DNA from: Anolis carolinensis
Taxonomy: Eukaryota
Reading direction: 5' to 3'
NCBI RefSeq assembly: GCF_035594765.1
Contig: NC_085844.1
Span: 144,600,107-144,664,106, forward strand
Length of the DNA stretch: 64,000 nt
How positions within the stretch are numbered: position 1 is the stretch's first letter; every line of letters begins with the position of its first letter. A program made the translations under genes and the position numbers. Below are positions 63,561-64,000 of this stretch, in pieces. A model generated the notes under the pieces. It was given only the letters and a program-made list of their open reading frames with translations, was not told the DNA's origin and ran no database searches.

Positions 63561-63655
63561 AAAGGCTGGATGGCCATCTGTTAGGGGTATTTTGATTGTG
63601 TTTTTTCCTGCAAGGCAGAAGGGGGTTGGACTGGATGGCCTCTGGGGTTTATGCT
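63425..63655 (+). repeat. Two CR1-tail-derived units separated by (TTA)n (63494-63559)
   Basis: GATTGTGTTTTT..GGCAGAAGG.GGTTG.ACTGGATGGCCTCTGGGGTTT occurs twice; same architecture as the Helitron array, in the opposite orientation. Confidence 0.8.
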
Positions 63656-64000
63656 ATTACCTTTTGAAATAATTTTATTAGAAGTTTTCATTAATATAAA
63701 AAGAAAAAAATATGAGGAAAATGGGGAAGAGAAGGAAAGGGAAGAGAAAAAGAAAAATGAAGAGAAAAAAATATATAACAAAAAAAGAAAAAAAGAAAAA
63801 AGAAAAGAAAATGTTGACTTTCAATCCTCTTCCTCGTGATGTATAGTCCATAAAAAAGAATGTCTGTTTCATGTAGCTTTTCCTTCTCTGGTATTTTAAG
63901 TTCCCTGGAGAACATGTGTCCATTTTTTCTTCCTGCTTTAAAGTATTATTCTATTTTTTTTTTGTTTCATAAATTCTGTCAATAAAGTCCAATCCGTTTC

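Overview
This is repeat-rich, AT-rich vertebrate DNA from a squamate reptile. The repeat content (Sauria SINEs, L2-tailed and Vingi-tailed SINEs, 5S-derived SINEs, Penelope, R4/Dong-like, RTE, CR1, L1, L2, hAT/Tc1-mariner/Harbinger MITEs, a Helitron and solo LTRs) matches what I recall of Anolis carolinensis. Family names come from recall, not from a database search. I found no intact protein-coding gene, rRNA/tRNA gene or CRISPR array. All recognisable ORFs are fragments of transposons: Penelope GIY-YIG endonuclease, R4 restriction-like endonuclease, and L1, L2, CR1 and RTE C-termini. The most interesting structures are: (1) two related composite hAT-type elements carrying the same Penelope/Harbinger/mariner mosaic, one with an 8-bp TSD and the other invaded by a Helitron holding six tandem CR1-tail units; (2) a point-mutated minimal hammerhead ribozyme in a Penelope end; (3) a perfect 65-bp fold-back at a CR1 truncation point; (4) several three-level nested insertions with intact TSDs; (5) tandem R4 copies inserted in the microsatellite tail of an L2; (6) a CpG-retaining candidate enhancer near 45.7-46.0 kb and a paired RE1-like palindrome at 57.3 kb; (7) speculative purine-skewed blocks with splice-like edges that may be remains of a decayed gene. 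There is one assembly gap (43768-43903).
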